Assembly (NCBI GenBank): GCA_963662795.1
Contig: OY759746.1
Coordinates: forward strand, 448,001 to 512,000
Length of the DNA stretch: 64,000 nucleotides
DNA from: Spirochaetia bacterium
GTDB lineage: Bacteria; Spirochaetota; Spirochaetia; CADAEX01
Direction of reading: 5' to 3'
The position numbers were made by a program, and so were the translations under genes. The notes under the pieces are model-generated. The model was not told the origin of the DNA. It ran no database searches and saw only the letters and a list, made by a program, of their open reading frames with translations. Shown here piece by piece: positions 9,429 through 19,328 of the stretch. The stretch's first letter is position 1; every line of letters starts with the position of its first letter.

Positions 9429-9818
9429 GTGCACATTTTACTGAATTACGCATGGGATATTATTATAAATCGTATTTTAAGTATAAAAAATATTGATCAA
9501 TTAAATCCTGTTACACAAACTATGAAATTGATTGAATATCAAAAAATACTTGATATGAATCATAAAAATGATATGAGTAATATCTTCTCTAATCTCCTTC
9601 AATCTATGAAGGATGAAATTGATCTATTAAAAACAAATAATGCAAATAGAAGACTCATAGATATTGAACCGGATGAAATTGAAAGAACATGGATTAGTGA
9701 ACATGGTGAATTAACTTTAAGAATTGAAGATGGTTATATTGAAGGCGAATACCAATTTGACTCAACAAGTTTTATCGGAGAATTATCAGGTTATATTAAT
9801 AAAAATATGTACAAGTAG
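9429..9818 (+). CDS. Hypothetical protein, probably a fragment
   Basis: 129-aa ORF with no clear RBS; stop lies inside the 29-bp module. Confidence 0.4.
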   Translation: MHILLNYAWDIIINRILSIKNIDQLNPVTQTMKLIEYQKILDMNHKNDMSNIFSNLLQSMKDEIDLLKTNNANRRLIDIEPDEIERTWISEHGELTLRIEDGYIEGEYQFDSTSFIGELSGYINKNMYK

Positions 9819-9836
9819 AGTAATTACCTGACAATT
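9808..9836 (+). repeat. 29-bp module, copy 2
   Basis: TGTACAAGTAGAGTAATTACCTGACAATT. Confidence 0.85.
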
Positions 9837-9847
9837 GCCCCCGGATG

Positions 9848-10263
9848 TTAGTCATTTAAGATGCCTGATTTTCGCGAACATATGTCAACATACCAGTCAT
9901 CTATCGTACCTGGTGAAATTGCAGTTATTAAAATAGCCCCGAACCGGTTTATCCAATAATTATCAAGTCGTGACTGCTGGATCTTCCAGTATTCATTTTT
10001 AAAATATTTCTTTTTTTTCTCAAACTGTTTACGATACCATGACTGTCATCAATATAAAATCCGGTAGCAAATTCTTTAAAAGTTGGAACAATTCCGGAGG
10101 TCAATCTTTGATCAAAATTATTGAGAAAATTATTTGCAAATTGGTGAGCCTCTTGCTCGTCAGTAGTCCCTGTTGAAATTTCTTTTCCCGGAAGTATTTT
10201 AAAAATAATCTGTATATTCCGCCCTTTTCTTTTTATCAGATTATAATAAGTCTGTAGTTTCAT
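9848..10263 (-). pseudogene. N-terminal remnant of a tyrosine integrase (frameshifted, catalytic domain lost)
   Basis: STGTTDEQEA..PTFKEFATGFY then shifted frame QSRLDNYWINRFG..AISPGTIDDW; directly 3' of a tRNA. Confidence 0.6.
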
Positions 10264-10375
10264 GCAGTCGATTGTTTTACAGAGATTTTACGGACACTTT
10301 GCCTTGCGGCAAAGTTTTAAATAAGATAAGTGTTTATAGTATAAGTATTTATTTTTTACATGTTTAAAAAAATAT

Positions 10376-10461
10376 TGCCGAAGACCGGACTTGAACCGGA
10401 ACGCTCTTTTCGGAGCGGAGGATTTTAAGTCCTCTGTGTCTACCAATTCCACCACTTCGGC
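10376..10461 (-). tRNA. tRNA-Leu(UAA)
   Basis: GCCGAAG acceptor stem, GAGGA-CTTAAAA-TCCTC anticodon arm, long variable arm, GGTTCAAGTCC T arm; CCA not encoded. Confidence 0.97.
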
Positions 10462-10552
10462 ATTTTGCAATCATTATAATACTTTTCATCCACCTGTTGG
10501 TCAAGCATTTGAGCTGGAATTTTGGATCGGCCGGTGTGCCATTTTACATCTG

Positions 10553-11518
10553 TTAAAAGAGGGTCAGTAAAACCATCAGTACCGGAACTGTTACAATCAT
10601 GAAGCTGTTTGAAACAATCCAGCAGGTATTGGCAAGGTCTATATCAAGATCATATAGGGCCGGGGGGACCAGCGACAGGAATCCGACCGGCATGGCTGAA
10701 AGGATAAGCACGACCTTAAGAGGCAGGGCATCCTCAATATTCCCAAGTCCGGCGGCAAGGGCCGCGGAAAAAGTAAGCGCCGGAATAAACAGGTGCTTCA
10801 GCGGCAGCAGGGTAAGGGCCTTAAGCAGGTGCCCCTTCATTCTGCTGAACTGGAGCGCCATTCCGATTGAAACAAGCAGCATGAATGATGCGGCCGGAAT
10901 AATCAGTGCGTTAACAGATCCGTAAAAAGCGGGCCTTTCAAGGCCGGAAAGATTAAGCATAAAACCTGCCGCCATGCTGCCTAAAGCCGCAAGGATAAAC
11001 GGGTCTTTGAATATGTTCTTTCTCTGCTTTTTTCCGCCTGATGCGCTTTCACTGAATGATTTGGCAACAGGAAAGCCGATAGAATAATATGAAAGCTCCT
11101 CGAATATTTTATAAAGAGGAACAAGGGCGAACCCCTGTTCCCCCAGAAAAGCGTAGCAGACTAGAGCTCCTATGCTCCCAATATTTGTGAAGCCCCCGCT
11201 GCAGAAAAAAGCTCCGGTTTCCCGTCTGGTAAGCTTTATCATCCTTGCTATCAGGAGGGCTGCAGCGCCGCCTGTTGAAATAGCAAGAATTCCCATTAAT
11301 GGCATCACGAAAAGCTCTATGTGCTTTAAATCAAGCATCCAGATAGAACCGATAATTGCCACCGGATTTAAAAAGAAAAGCGCTCCCCTCTGCAGATTTT
11401 TCCTGGTCAGCGCATTTAATGCTGAACCGAAAACCAGAGAGGGGGTAAACACGGAGAGAAGATAGCCGGCTGTAAGCCCTGAGAAAACTACCGCGAGCGA
11501 AAATAAAATTTTTTCCAT
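10553..11518 (-). CDS. AEC (auxin efflux carrier)-family permease
   Basis: About 10 TM segments, FTNIGSIG, SAMPVG, two-repeat architecture. Confidence 0.7.
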   Translation of the reverse strand: MEKILFSLAVVFSGLTAGYLLSVFTPSLVFGSALNALTRKNLQRGALFFLNPVAIIGSIWMLDLKHIELFVMPLMGILAISTGGAAALLIARMIKLTRRETGAFFCSGGFTNIGSIGALVCYAFLGEQGFALVPLYKIFEELSYYSIGFPVAKSFSESASGGKKQRKNIFKDPFILAALGSMAAGFMLNLSGLERPAFYGSVNALIIPAASFMLLVSIGMALQFSRMKGHLLKALTLLPLKHLFIPALTFSAALAAGLGNIEDALPLKVVLILSAMPVGFLSLVPPALYDLDIDLANTCWIVSNSFMIVTVPVLMVLLTLF

Positions 11519-11579
11519 CGGGCAATATTATCTTATCTGCCTTTTTTCAGCAATGACTTTATTCCCGCAAGCGCCCTGT

Positions 11580-12351
11580 TATACCTGGTGGTCTGGCTGA
11601 ATACCATCAGGACAATTATCAGAAAAAGGGTCAGCGCAACAGGCCCTGGAAGAACAGGCATAAGGCTGCCTTTTGAAATCATTAAAGCCCTTCACAGATT
11701 GCTGCCGCACATCTCGCCGAGTATAACGCCTATTACAAGAGGAGCTATAGGGTACTTAAGCTCCGTAAGCATGTAGGCAATTATACCGAATGGTAACATC
11801 AGGTAAAGGTTGAATATCTTGTTGCCGAGCGCGTAGGAACCTATAATACACAGCACACCGATAATCGGCATAAAAAGCGTTATCGGTATTCTTAAAACCT
11901 TTATAACCTGCCTGGCAAGAAACATACCGCAAAGCCACATTACAATTGAGGCAAAGAAAAGAATCGCTGTAATCTCCAGAGAGAATCCGGGATGGTCTGT
12001 ATTGAACATCGGCCCCGAATTATAACCGCGAAGAAGCAGAACTCCGAGAAGCATCGCAGTCCGGAGGGCTTCCGGATACACCGAGGCTAAGAAGAGGTAT
12101 CATAGCACCGGCTGATACAGGCGTTATTTGACATTTCAGTCACGACTACGGCCTCTTCGGCACCTGTCCCGAATTTATCGCTGTTTTTACTCATCTTTTT
12201 GACTGTCCCGCAAGAGACCCACACTGCGTTATTCTCACCTAAGCAAGGTACCCGCTGTCAAGGTCGCTCAAATACGTAGGTAAGCGCGGTTAAAAGAACT
12301 ACTCCCAAAGTCGCAGTAAGTCCTGGTATGACTCCAAAGATAATTCCCAAA
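11580..12351 (-). pseudogene. tctA: TctA-type tripartite tricarboxylate transporter permease, deleted and frameshifted
   Basis: FGVIPGLTAT, FGTGAEE, GPMF, IIGSYA, APLVIGVILG fragments in different frames; N-terminus missing. Confidence 0.75.
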
Positions 12352-13326
12352 TCAGCTGTAAATCTCAGGATTAATACAATCCCGGGGTTTTTCTCCTTTT
12401 ATCATGGCTGTAAGGTTAAGCGCGGCCTTTACCGCCATTCCGTTACGCGATGATACAGTAGCTGAAGCGGTATGCGGCGTCATTACGACATTACTCAAGG
12501 TCCCGAGTTCCGGTTCCGCTATCGGTTCTCTTTCATACACATCAATCCCGGCGCCGGCTATCAGATCCGACCTAAGCGCCTGGACAAGTGCTTTTTCATC
12601 AATAATAGGGCCGCGGGCTGAATTGATTATATAAGCTGTCCTTTTCATCTTTTTAAACTGCTCAGGACCGAACAGGTGTCTTGTCTCCGGCATTAGGGGT
12701 GTATGTATGCTTATATAATCGGAATTTTCAAGCAGATATTCAAACGGCACCCTTTCCGCATTCACCTCATCATCAAGCACTTTGTTTATAAAGGAATCGC
12801 TATAGAGCACTCTCATTTTAAATCCTTTTGATTTAAGCGCCATCGCTGTACCGATCCGGCCCGCCCCTACTATGCCGAGTACCGCACCAGTTATATCCCC
12901 TCCGATATACTGCATGGGGCCCCAGCCTTTCCACTCTCCTGACCTCATGATTCTGTCAGATTCCACAACCCTTCTTGCAACAGAGAAAAGCAGCGCCCAT
13001 GCCATTTCGGCAGTGGCGTCAGTCAGAACATCCGGAGTATTTGAAACCGGGATTTTATATTCAGTTGCTTTTTTAACATCAATATTATCGTATCCAACAG
13101 CATAGTTGGCAAAGCCCCTGACTTCAGGTGCCGTTTTAAAAACCTCTTCATCTATCCTGTCTGTAAGAAGACACAAAACCCCGTCTTTCCCTTTTATGTT
13201 TTTAAGGAATTCCTCCCGCGCAAGCGGTCTGTCTTCCATATTGATTTCAACATTGAATTCTTTTTTCAGGATTTCAATCCCCGGCTGCGGGATAAGCCTT
13301 GTTACATATACATTTTTTTTTGACAT
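12352..13326 (-). CDS. D-glycerate dehydrogenase / glyoxylate reductase (D-2-hydroxyacid dehydrogenase)
   Basis: AVGYDNID, NTPDVLTDATAE, GAGRIG, INSARG, DVYERE, PHTAS. Confidence 0.9.
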   Translation of the reverse strand: MSKKNVYVTRLIPQPGIEILKKEFNVEINMEDRPLAREEFLKNIKGKDGVLCLLTDRIDEEVFKTAPEVRGFANYAVGYDNIDVKKATEYKIPVSNTPDVLTDATAEMAWALLFSVARRVVESDRIMRSGEWKGWGPMQYIGGDITGAVLGIVGAGRIGTAMALKSKGFKMRVLYSDSFINKVLDDEVNAERVPFEYLLENSDYISIHTPLMPETRHLFGPEQFKKMKRTAYIINSARGPIIDEKALVQALRSDLIAGAGIDVYEREPIAEPELGTLSNVVMTPHTASATVSSRNGMAVKAALNLTAMIKGEKPRDCINPEIYS

Positions 13327-13715
13327 AGTCATCTCCCTTTGATAGGAATATTTTCGTCTATAAATTGCCATGTTTCAAGAAAATAATTTCCCTGGACAAC
13401 TTTTTTAAAGATGGGTTTTTAAAGTCACGAGCTTCAGGAACTCCATACGGATATACAACTTCAACTCAGTCAGGATATTCCACGTCAGAGACAAGCTGGA
13501 ATTTTTCATCAGGCGTTTCAGAATTATTGCACCGACAAAAAAGGACGACCGAAAAAAGACATCATCTCTACTGCTGCACCATCCCTTTAAAACACGTGAT
13601 GCTATTAACTCAAATTACATTTTATGAAATAATATTTCCGGGTTCAGCCGCACTGCATTTATTCCAGCGGGCTGACATGTTAAAAACCACAAACTCCTTA
13701 TATCGGAGATGACTA

Positions 13716-14534
13716 ATGCTATTGGAATTACCGCTTATTCCGGGAATGATTGATTCACATTTCCACTACCTTGAGATGCTTAAGAAAGAGCTTGACCCAC
13801 AGGCCCTGCTTACGGAATGTTTTTCCGCGGGAATGACAGCGGCAGTCGATATTGCGACAAATACGGCAAATTTTGAAAGGCGCCTTGAGTTCGCAGCCCG
13901 TTTTGACAATATTTTCGTCACTGCGGGTTTAAATCCGGGAAAAGCCGAAAAGGATACTGAAGAAATTGATAAAATGCTTGATACACTCGAGTCCCAGATA
14001 GGAGGGGCAAGGGGACACGGCAAACTGATTGGAGTCGGTGAAACAGGGATTGACTGGTACTGGAAATACGGGACAAGGGAAAAACAGATATCGCTTTTTG
14101 AAGCTCAGGTTGACCTTGCCGGTAAATACGGCCTTCCAGTGATTATTCACAACAGGGAAGCTGATGAAGATGTGCTAAGGATCCTGAACATGAAAAAACC
14201 GGAAAAGGGAGGGATAATTCACTGCTTTTCATCTGATTATAATTTTGCATCCTCCTGTATCGATCTTGGCTTTCTGATCTCTTTCGCCGGAAACGTGACA
14301 TATAAAAAAAATACAGTTATGCAGGATGCAGCCCGCAGGATTCCGGCCGCCTCCATTCTTGCCGAGACAGACGCGCCGTATCTTTCTCCGGGGAAACTGA
14401 GGAGCCTGCCCGGACATCCCGGGTTTGTCTCCCATACCTATAGTTATCTCGCTGAACTTAGAAATGAAAAAATCGAAGATTTTACCTATACTGTTAAAAA
14501 AAATTTCAACACGCTGTTCGGGATGGATTTATAA
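13716..14534 (+). CDS. tatD: TatD-family hydrolase
   Basis: IDSHFH, GETGID, IIHNREA, IHCFS, ETDAPYL. Confidence 0.92.
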   Translation: MLLELPLIPGMIDSHFHYLEMLKKELDPQALLTECFSAGMTAAVDIATNTANFERRLEFAARFDNIFVTAGLNPGKAEKDTEEIDKMLDTLESQIGGARGHGKLIGVGETGIDWYWKYGTREKQISLFEAQVDLAGKYGLPVIIHNREADEDVLRILNMKKPEKGGIIHCFSSDYNFASSCIDLGFLISFAGNVTYKKNTVMQDAARRIPAASILAETDAPYLSPGKLRSLPGHPGFVSHTYSYLAELRNEKIEDFTYTVKKNFNTLFGMDL

Positions 14535-14601
14535 GCTTTCAAACCACTATCCGGTACCTTAAAATCCGGTGCACTCACCCGGAGTACGGAGGAGGAAGAA
14601 T

Positions 14602-14634
14602 AAAAAAAGAGGAGCCGTGCATAACACAGCTCCC
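14602..14634 (-). terminator. Rho-independent terminator after the transaldolase-like gene
   Basis: GGAGCTGTG-loop-CACGGCTCC followed by a T run on the minus strand. Confidence 0.75.
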
Positions 14635-14686
14635 CATATTGTTCTGTCCTTTCTCCATTATCAGTTGAGGATAATGTCGAAAATAA

Positions 14687-15862
14687 TTATACGTATTTAC
14701 CTACAAAATCAATCATCTCATTTGTAGCTTTGGCGAAAACAGCGGCATTTTCAATCAGCGATGTAATTTCATCAAACTGTTCGATTGCGTAACCATCTTC
14801 AGCATAACCTTTAACAAAATAGGGCACCTGATTGAGTTTTTTCATTACATCAGCGGGAACCGGAGCTTTCCAGCCGTCTTTTACGCCTCTGTTCCTGTAA
14901 TGATAGAGAATATCACCAATCATGTCAGGAGGACATGTAAATACCATCGGAGCTCCCGCAAACATGTCAAAATGGGGATAAAATACATTCCCTTCAAAAT
15001 CATGATGTTTTCTTGCTGAACACATTAGCATTTTGAGCGGCTGCTTTCTCTCTTCCATCAGCTTTATACATTTTTTCATAACAGCGTTTGAAGCCTGTCT
15101 GAGTTCAAGAGGATCAATAGCGAGGTTTTTCTTTTCGATATATCCCCTGAAAGCGGCTGAATCTTCAAACCTTCCGGACATCTGTGTAATAACAGCTCTC
15201 CAGCCGTGTCTTTCTTTTCCGGCCTTTCTGTGAGCGGTAATACCTTCTGTAACTGCGTTTGCAACTGCCATGATCTGGGGCACGTTAAAACAGGTTGTCG
15301 CGTTTGTCGCGATACCTTTTGAGGCAAGATATTTAAATACCGGTATACCTGATGTTGAAGCCGGGATCTTGATCATTACGTTGGGGCCGAGGGAAGCAAG
15401 CTCGTCAGCCATTTCTTTCATGGCAGCTTCATTCTTGATAAGGTTCGGGTCTACCTGGCCTGAAATATGGCCGAGTTTTCCATTGGAAGCTTCAAAGAGA
15501 GGAAGAAAGGCTTCAGCGCCTCTTTTTACAACTTCTTTATATACTTCCTTGAAAAGGCCGTACTGGGACTTGCCTTTATAGCTTTTTCTTTTATCTTTGA
15601 TAATGGCAACCCATTCATCTGTCCTTTTCTGTAAAACAGCCCAGGAAAGGGGCGGGTTTGTAGTACATCCCCTGAACGCCCAGTCTTTAACAGGAGCTTC
15701 AAGGAACATGCCGGCAACTTCTTTTTTAAACCATTCCTGATCTTCCGCGGGAAGACCTTTATAATAGCTTTCAGTAAAATTAGGCCATACAAGAGGTGAT
15801 GAATCCCACCATATTTCTGTTTCAGGATTTAAAGCCTGAACACTTCTCCATACGTTTTCCAT
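14687..15862 (-). CDS. Divergent transaldolase-family protein
   Basis: WWDS, GCTTNP, GQVDP, NVMIKIP (Schiff-base Lys), NATTCF. Confidence 0.8.
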   Translation of the reverse strand: MENVWRSVQALNPETEIWWDSSPLVWPNFTESYYKGLPAEDQEWFKKEVAGMFLEAPVKDWAFRGCTTNPPLSWAVLQKRTDEWVAIIKDKRKSYKGKSQYGLFKEVYKEVVKRGAEAFLPLFEASNGKLGHISGQVDPNLIKNEAAMKEMADELASLGPNVMIKIPASTSGIPVFKYLASKGIATNATTCFNVPQIMAVANAVTEGITAHRKAGKERHGWRAVITQMSGRFEDSAAFRGYIEKKNLAIDPLELRQASNAVMKKCIKLMEERKQPLKMLMCSARKHHDFEGNVFYPHFDMFAGAPMVFTCPPDMIGDILYHYRNRGVKDGWKAPVPADVMKKLNQVPYFVKGYAEDGYAIEQFDEITSLIENAAVFAKATNEMIDFVGKYV

Positions 15863-15946
15863 TATTTAACTCCTCGTAAAAAAATCATTTAACCCTTCAG
15901 ATAAGCCTGTTTGGGCAAACCTGAAAGGTTAATTACATAATTTACA

Positions 15947-17065
15947 TTATTTTTTCATTTTTGCAACGTATTCTTTTACGCCTTCCACAAAGTTTTTGTT
16001 ATCTTCTTTTGTCGAGATTGTGATTCTGAACCAGCCGTTTCTTCCGTACATATCGTTCTGGTTTCTGAGAATAATTTTCTTCTCCTTAAGGAAGAAATCA
16101 ACAAGTTCTTTTCCTACAATTCCGGCATCAGTTCCGTCAAACAGCATGTAATTGCCGTATGATTCAAAAATATCAAGTCCTTTTATTGCTGAAAGCTCGT
16201 CGCTTATCATTTTAACCTGGTTATTGTTGAAATCAACCCTTTCCTTAAGCGCTTTTTCATCGCAGAATGCAGTATAGCATGCCCAGAGAGCTATTGTGCT
16301 TACGTTCCATGGGATAAGAGTAGCAGAAATCTGCTTGATTACATCTTTGTCCGCAAGCATATAGCCGAATCTGATACCTGCAAGGCCATAAGCCTTTGAC
16401 ATTGTCCTTGTAACCATTACATTCTGAAATTCCTTGATAAGCTTTGTCATTGATCTTCCGTAACCTGCGAACTCTATATATGCTTCGTCAACTACAAAAG
16501 GAATGCCGGTTTTTGCTATTTTCCTGAAATCATCTCCGCTCATGAAGTTCGCTGTCGGGTTGTTGGGGTTGGCAACAACAATTATTTTTGTTTTGGGAGT
16601 AATTGCTTTGATAATAGCATCAGCATCAAAAACGAATTTCTTGTTTTCAAGCTTCATTGGAACAGATACAAGTTTTCCGCCGTTTATGTCACATCTGAGT
16701 TTGTAGATACCGAAACATGGTGTGTGCTGGATAACTTCTTCGCCCTGGCCGGGTACAAGAAAGCTTCTCCATATCATGTCGTACACTTCGCTTGATCCGT
16801 TTCCGATAAGAACATTTTCAGCTCCTGCAAGGCCGTTAAGTTCAGCGATTTTGCCTCTTGTTACAAGTCCCTGATCAGCATAGATGTTCCCTTTTTTTGC
16901 GTAATCATTGATAGCTTTGAGAACTGATTCAGCAGGCTGGTTGGGATTTTCGTTCGACATCATTCTGTGAAGAGACTGATCCTTCCATGCAAGTTCGATG
17001 TGGGGGGATATATACATTGGAATTCCCTTGATCCACGGTACAAAATACTCTTCCATTTTTTTCAT
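15947..17065 (-). CDS. PLP-dependent aminotransferase, HisC/CobD-like
   Basis: SNENP, GNGSSE, NPNNPT, VDEAY, RTMSKAYGLAGIRFGY; AGGAG RBS before 17065. Confidence 0.88.
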   Translation of the reverse strand: MKKMEEYFVPWIKGIPMYISPHIELAWKDQSLHRMMSNENPNQPAESVLKAINDYAKKGNIYADQGLVTRGKIAELNGLAGAENVLIGNGSSEVYDMIWRSFLVPGQGEEVIQHTPCFGIYKLRCDINGGKLVSVPMKLENKKFVFDADAIIKAITPKTKIIVVANPNNPTANFMSGDDFRKIAKTGIPFVVDEAYIEFAGYGRSMTKLIKEFQNVMVTRTMSKAYGLAGIRFGYMLADKDVIKQISATLIPWNVSTIALWACYTAFCDEKALKERVDFNNNQVKMISDELSAIKGLDIFESYGNYMLFDGTDAGIVGKELVDFFLKEKKIILRNQNDMYGRNGWFRITISTKEDNKNFVEGVKEYVAKMKK

Positions 17066-17152
17066 TATTTTCTCCTTGATTATGTAAATATTTAAAAACG
17101 GCTTATGCCTATTTACAAACAAAATAATAAATTAAAACATGTAAATTATAAT

Positions 17153-17905
17153 TCAGGTCCGGACATAGCTTCCTGTTTCGACCTGGAAAACATACCGGTC
17201 TCCCCTGTAATATGAGTGCAGTACTTCTATGCACTCCCCCTTTGCATTGAACGCTCTGCTTTTATAAAAGATACAGGGAATATCCCGTGATATCATCAGC
17301 CTTGAAGCAATCTCCTTCGAAGGACGAACGGCCTGAAGCGTTCTGACCGAATGATCAAGATCAATACCGAATTTATCTGTAAGCACCTGGTACATGGAAC
17401 CTTTTATCTGCATATCCAAAAGCCCGCTTAGTTTTGTAAATGAATAGTACTGTATTTCATACAGGAACGGTATTTTATCAGCAACACGTACCCTTTCAAT
17501 TTTTATGGCAAAATCTCCGGCCGCTATATCAAGCGCCGCCGCTATATCAGCGGGAGGAACAATTTTCTCCTGTGATATTATGGCGCTTTCTGTATCAAGG
17601 CCGTTTCTGGCATCAAGTTCGAAATCATCAATAAAGCTTGTCATTTTTCCAAGCTGTCTGACAGGAGCAAGGGGTTTTTTCCGCCTTACAAAAGTCCCGA
17701 CCCCTTTCTGTTTTTCAAGCAATCCCTGCTGTACCATTATTGAAATTGAATGCCTGATGGTATTTCTGTTAAGCTGGAATTTTTCAGCAAGCTCCCCTTC
17801 TGACGGGAGTTTTGATCCAATATCATATTCAGAACTTTGCAGCATGCTTTCCAGCCAGTTTGCAACCTGTAAGTATAGCGGTACAGGATTGTCTCTTTCT
17901 ACCAT
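17153..17905 (-). CDS. GntR-family regulator, HutC/UTRA subfamily
   Basis: PLYLQV, LPSEGELAEKF, GVGTFV, C-terminal YRGDRY. Confidence 0.92.
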   Translation of the reverse strand: MVERDNPVPLYLQVANWLESMLQSSEYDIGSKLPSEGELAEKFQLNRNTIRHSISIMVQQGLLEKQKGVGTFVRRKKPLAPVRQLGKMTSFIDDFELDARNGLDTESAIISQEKIVPPADIAAALDIAAGDFAIKIERVRVADKIPFLYEIQYYSFTKLSGLLDMQIKGSMYQVLTDKFGIDLDHSVRTLQAVRPSKEIASRLMISRDIPCIFYKSRAFNAKGECIEVLHSYYRGDRYVFQVETGSYVRT

Positions 17906-18000
17906 AAACTCCCTTCTACTTGTCTACCTATGTAATTAACTATACATCTTTTTTATTTTTATGTCAAATACCTATCCTGTTGTCAAATAAAAAAATAATA

Positions 18001-18231
18001 CATAGCTGTCCAAAATAAAAACAGCATTGAATTGAGCAAACAAGCTAATTCTTTACAAATAAGGGAAATCATGCAATGAACTTTTTAAGGATAGCATATT
18101 CAGGCAAATACTTCAAATCCTTCCGGGATATGAATTTGAAAAAGCCGTAAAATTACATAAAGGAGAGCATGCGCCAAAGGGTTTTACCTGCAAAGAGAAG
18201 CTATCAACAATGCTCTTTGCTTAAGCTTTCA
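18001..18231 (+). mobile_element. IS4-family remnant (left end and first ~50 codons)
   Basis: CATAGCTGTCCAAAATA resembles the IR of 22410-23684; SIFRQILQILP..EFEKAV..KGFTC matches that transposase N-terminus. Confidence 0.75.
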
Positions 18232-18298
18232 GGACTCTGTAATTAAAACTGTGTAACTGCAAAATTCTAAATAGCCTCAAAGAGGCAAAGGATATAGA

Positions 18299-19316
18299 AT
18301 GAGCAGTATAATGATGAATAAAGAACGTTTAGAAGAATTGGCAGCAGAGCTGGCAAAAGGGGTCAAGAGTGAATCAGATCTTGCAAACCCTTTAGGGCAG
18401 CTGATGAAATTGACAATTGAGAAAGCACTTAATGCAGAATTAGATAACCACTTAGGTTACGAAAAGCATTCAAGCCAGGGGCGTAATAAACTGAACAGCC
18501 GTAATGGCTGTACAAGCAAAAAAGTAATAACCGATTCCGGAGAACTTGAAATAGAAACACCCCGGGATCGGACTTGTGACTTTGAACCGCAAATCATTCA
18601 AAAAGGCCAGCGCAGGTTTTTAGGATTTGACAATCAAATCCTCTCTCTCTATGCCAGAGGCCAGAGGACACGGGATATCGCAGCCACACTTAAGGAAATG
18701 TACGGTGTAGATGTTTCTGCATTCCCTCATTATCTGGTGTAACCGATGCGGTTATTGAGGAAGTTGAGCAGCGGCAAAACCGTCCAATAGAGAGTGTTTA
18801 TCCAATCATTTATCTGGATTGTATTGTTGTAAAGGTTCATCAGGATAAAAGAGTAATCAACAAGGCTGTTTATCTTGCCTTAGGTGTTACTACAGAAGGG
18901 ATTAAAGATCTTTTGGGCCTCTTGATATCAGAAAACGAAGGAACCAAGTTTTGGCTCTCTATATTGACAGAACTCCAAACCAGAGGTGTAAAAGATATCT
19001 CATTGCCAGTGTAGATGGACTTACAGGCTTCCATGAAGAGATAAATACAGTATTTCCCAAAACAAAAATCCAATTATGCATTGTACACATGGTAAGGAAC
19101 TCTTTGAAATACGTTTCCTATAAAGACTGTAAAGAACTGGCAGGAGATTTAAAGAGGATATACTCTTCAATAACCCTTGATGAAGCAGAAAGGGGATTAG
19201 TGATATTTTCAGATAAATGGGCCAGTCAATATGCATCGATCAGCAAAATGTGGGAACGGAACTGGGAAAACCTGATAACAATTTTTGATTATCCTGATGA
19301 AATCCGAAAAATAATT
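18299..19316 (+). pseudogene. IS256 transposase, frameshifted, C-terminus displaced to 29730-29852
   Basis: NSRNG, PRDR..FEP, IQLCIVHMVRNS, YPDEIRKII; tail KIIYLA..KKWSMPLREW. Confidence 0.9.
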
Positions 19317-19328
19317 GTAAGCGTCAAT

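Noticed and set aside
2478-9836. Short repeats as a CRISPR array
   Set aside because: Only 2-3 copies, kilobases apart, no regular spacers and no cas genes.
9876-9892. ATATGTCAACATA matching the IS3-type end
   Set aside because: Lies within the integrase remnant reading frame with no further IS sequence; likely chance.
10288-10470. 60-aa ORF
   Set aside because: Overlaps the tRNA-Leu gene.
13365-13712. 115-aa plus-strand ORF
   Set aside because: No recognisable motif or RBS; may be intergenic or a decayed gene, not supportable.
15947-17065. Assigning hisC or cobD
   Set aside because: Family motifs are shared and context has no his or cob genes.
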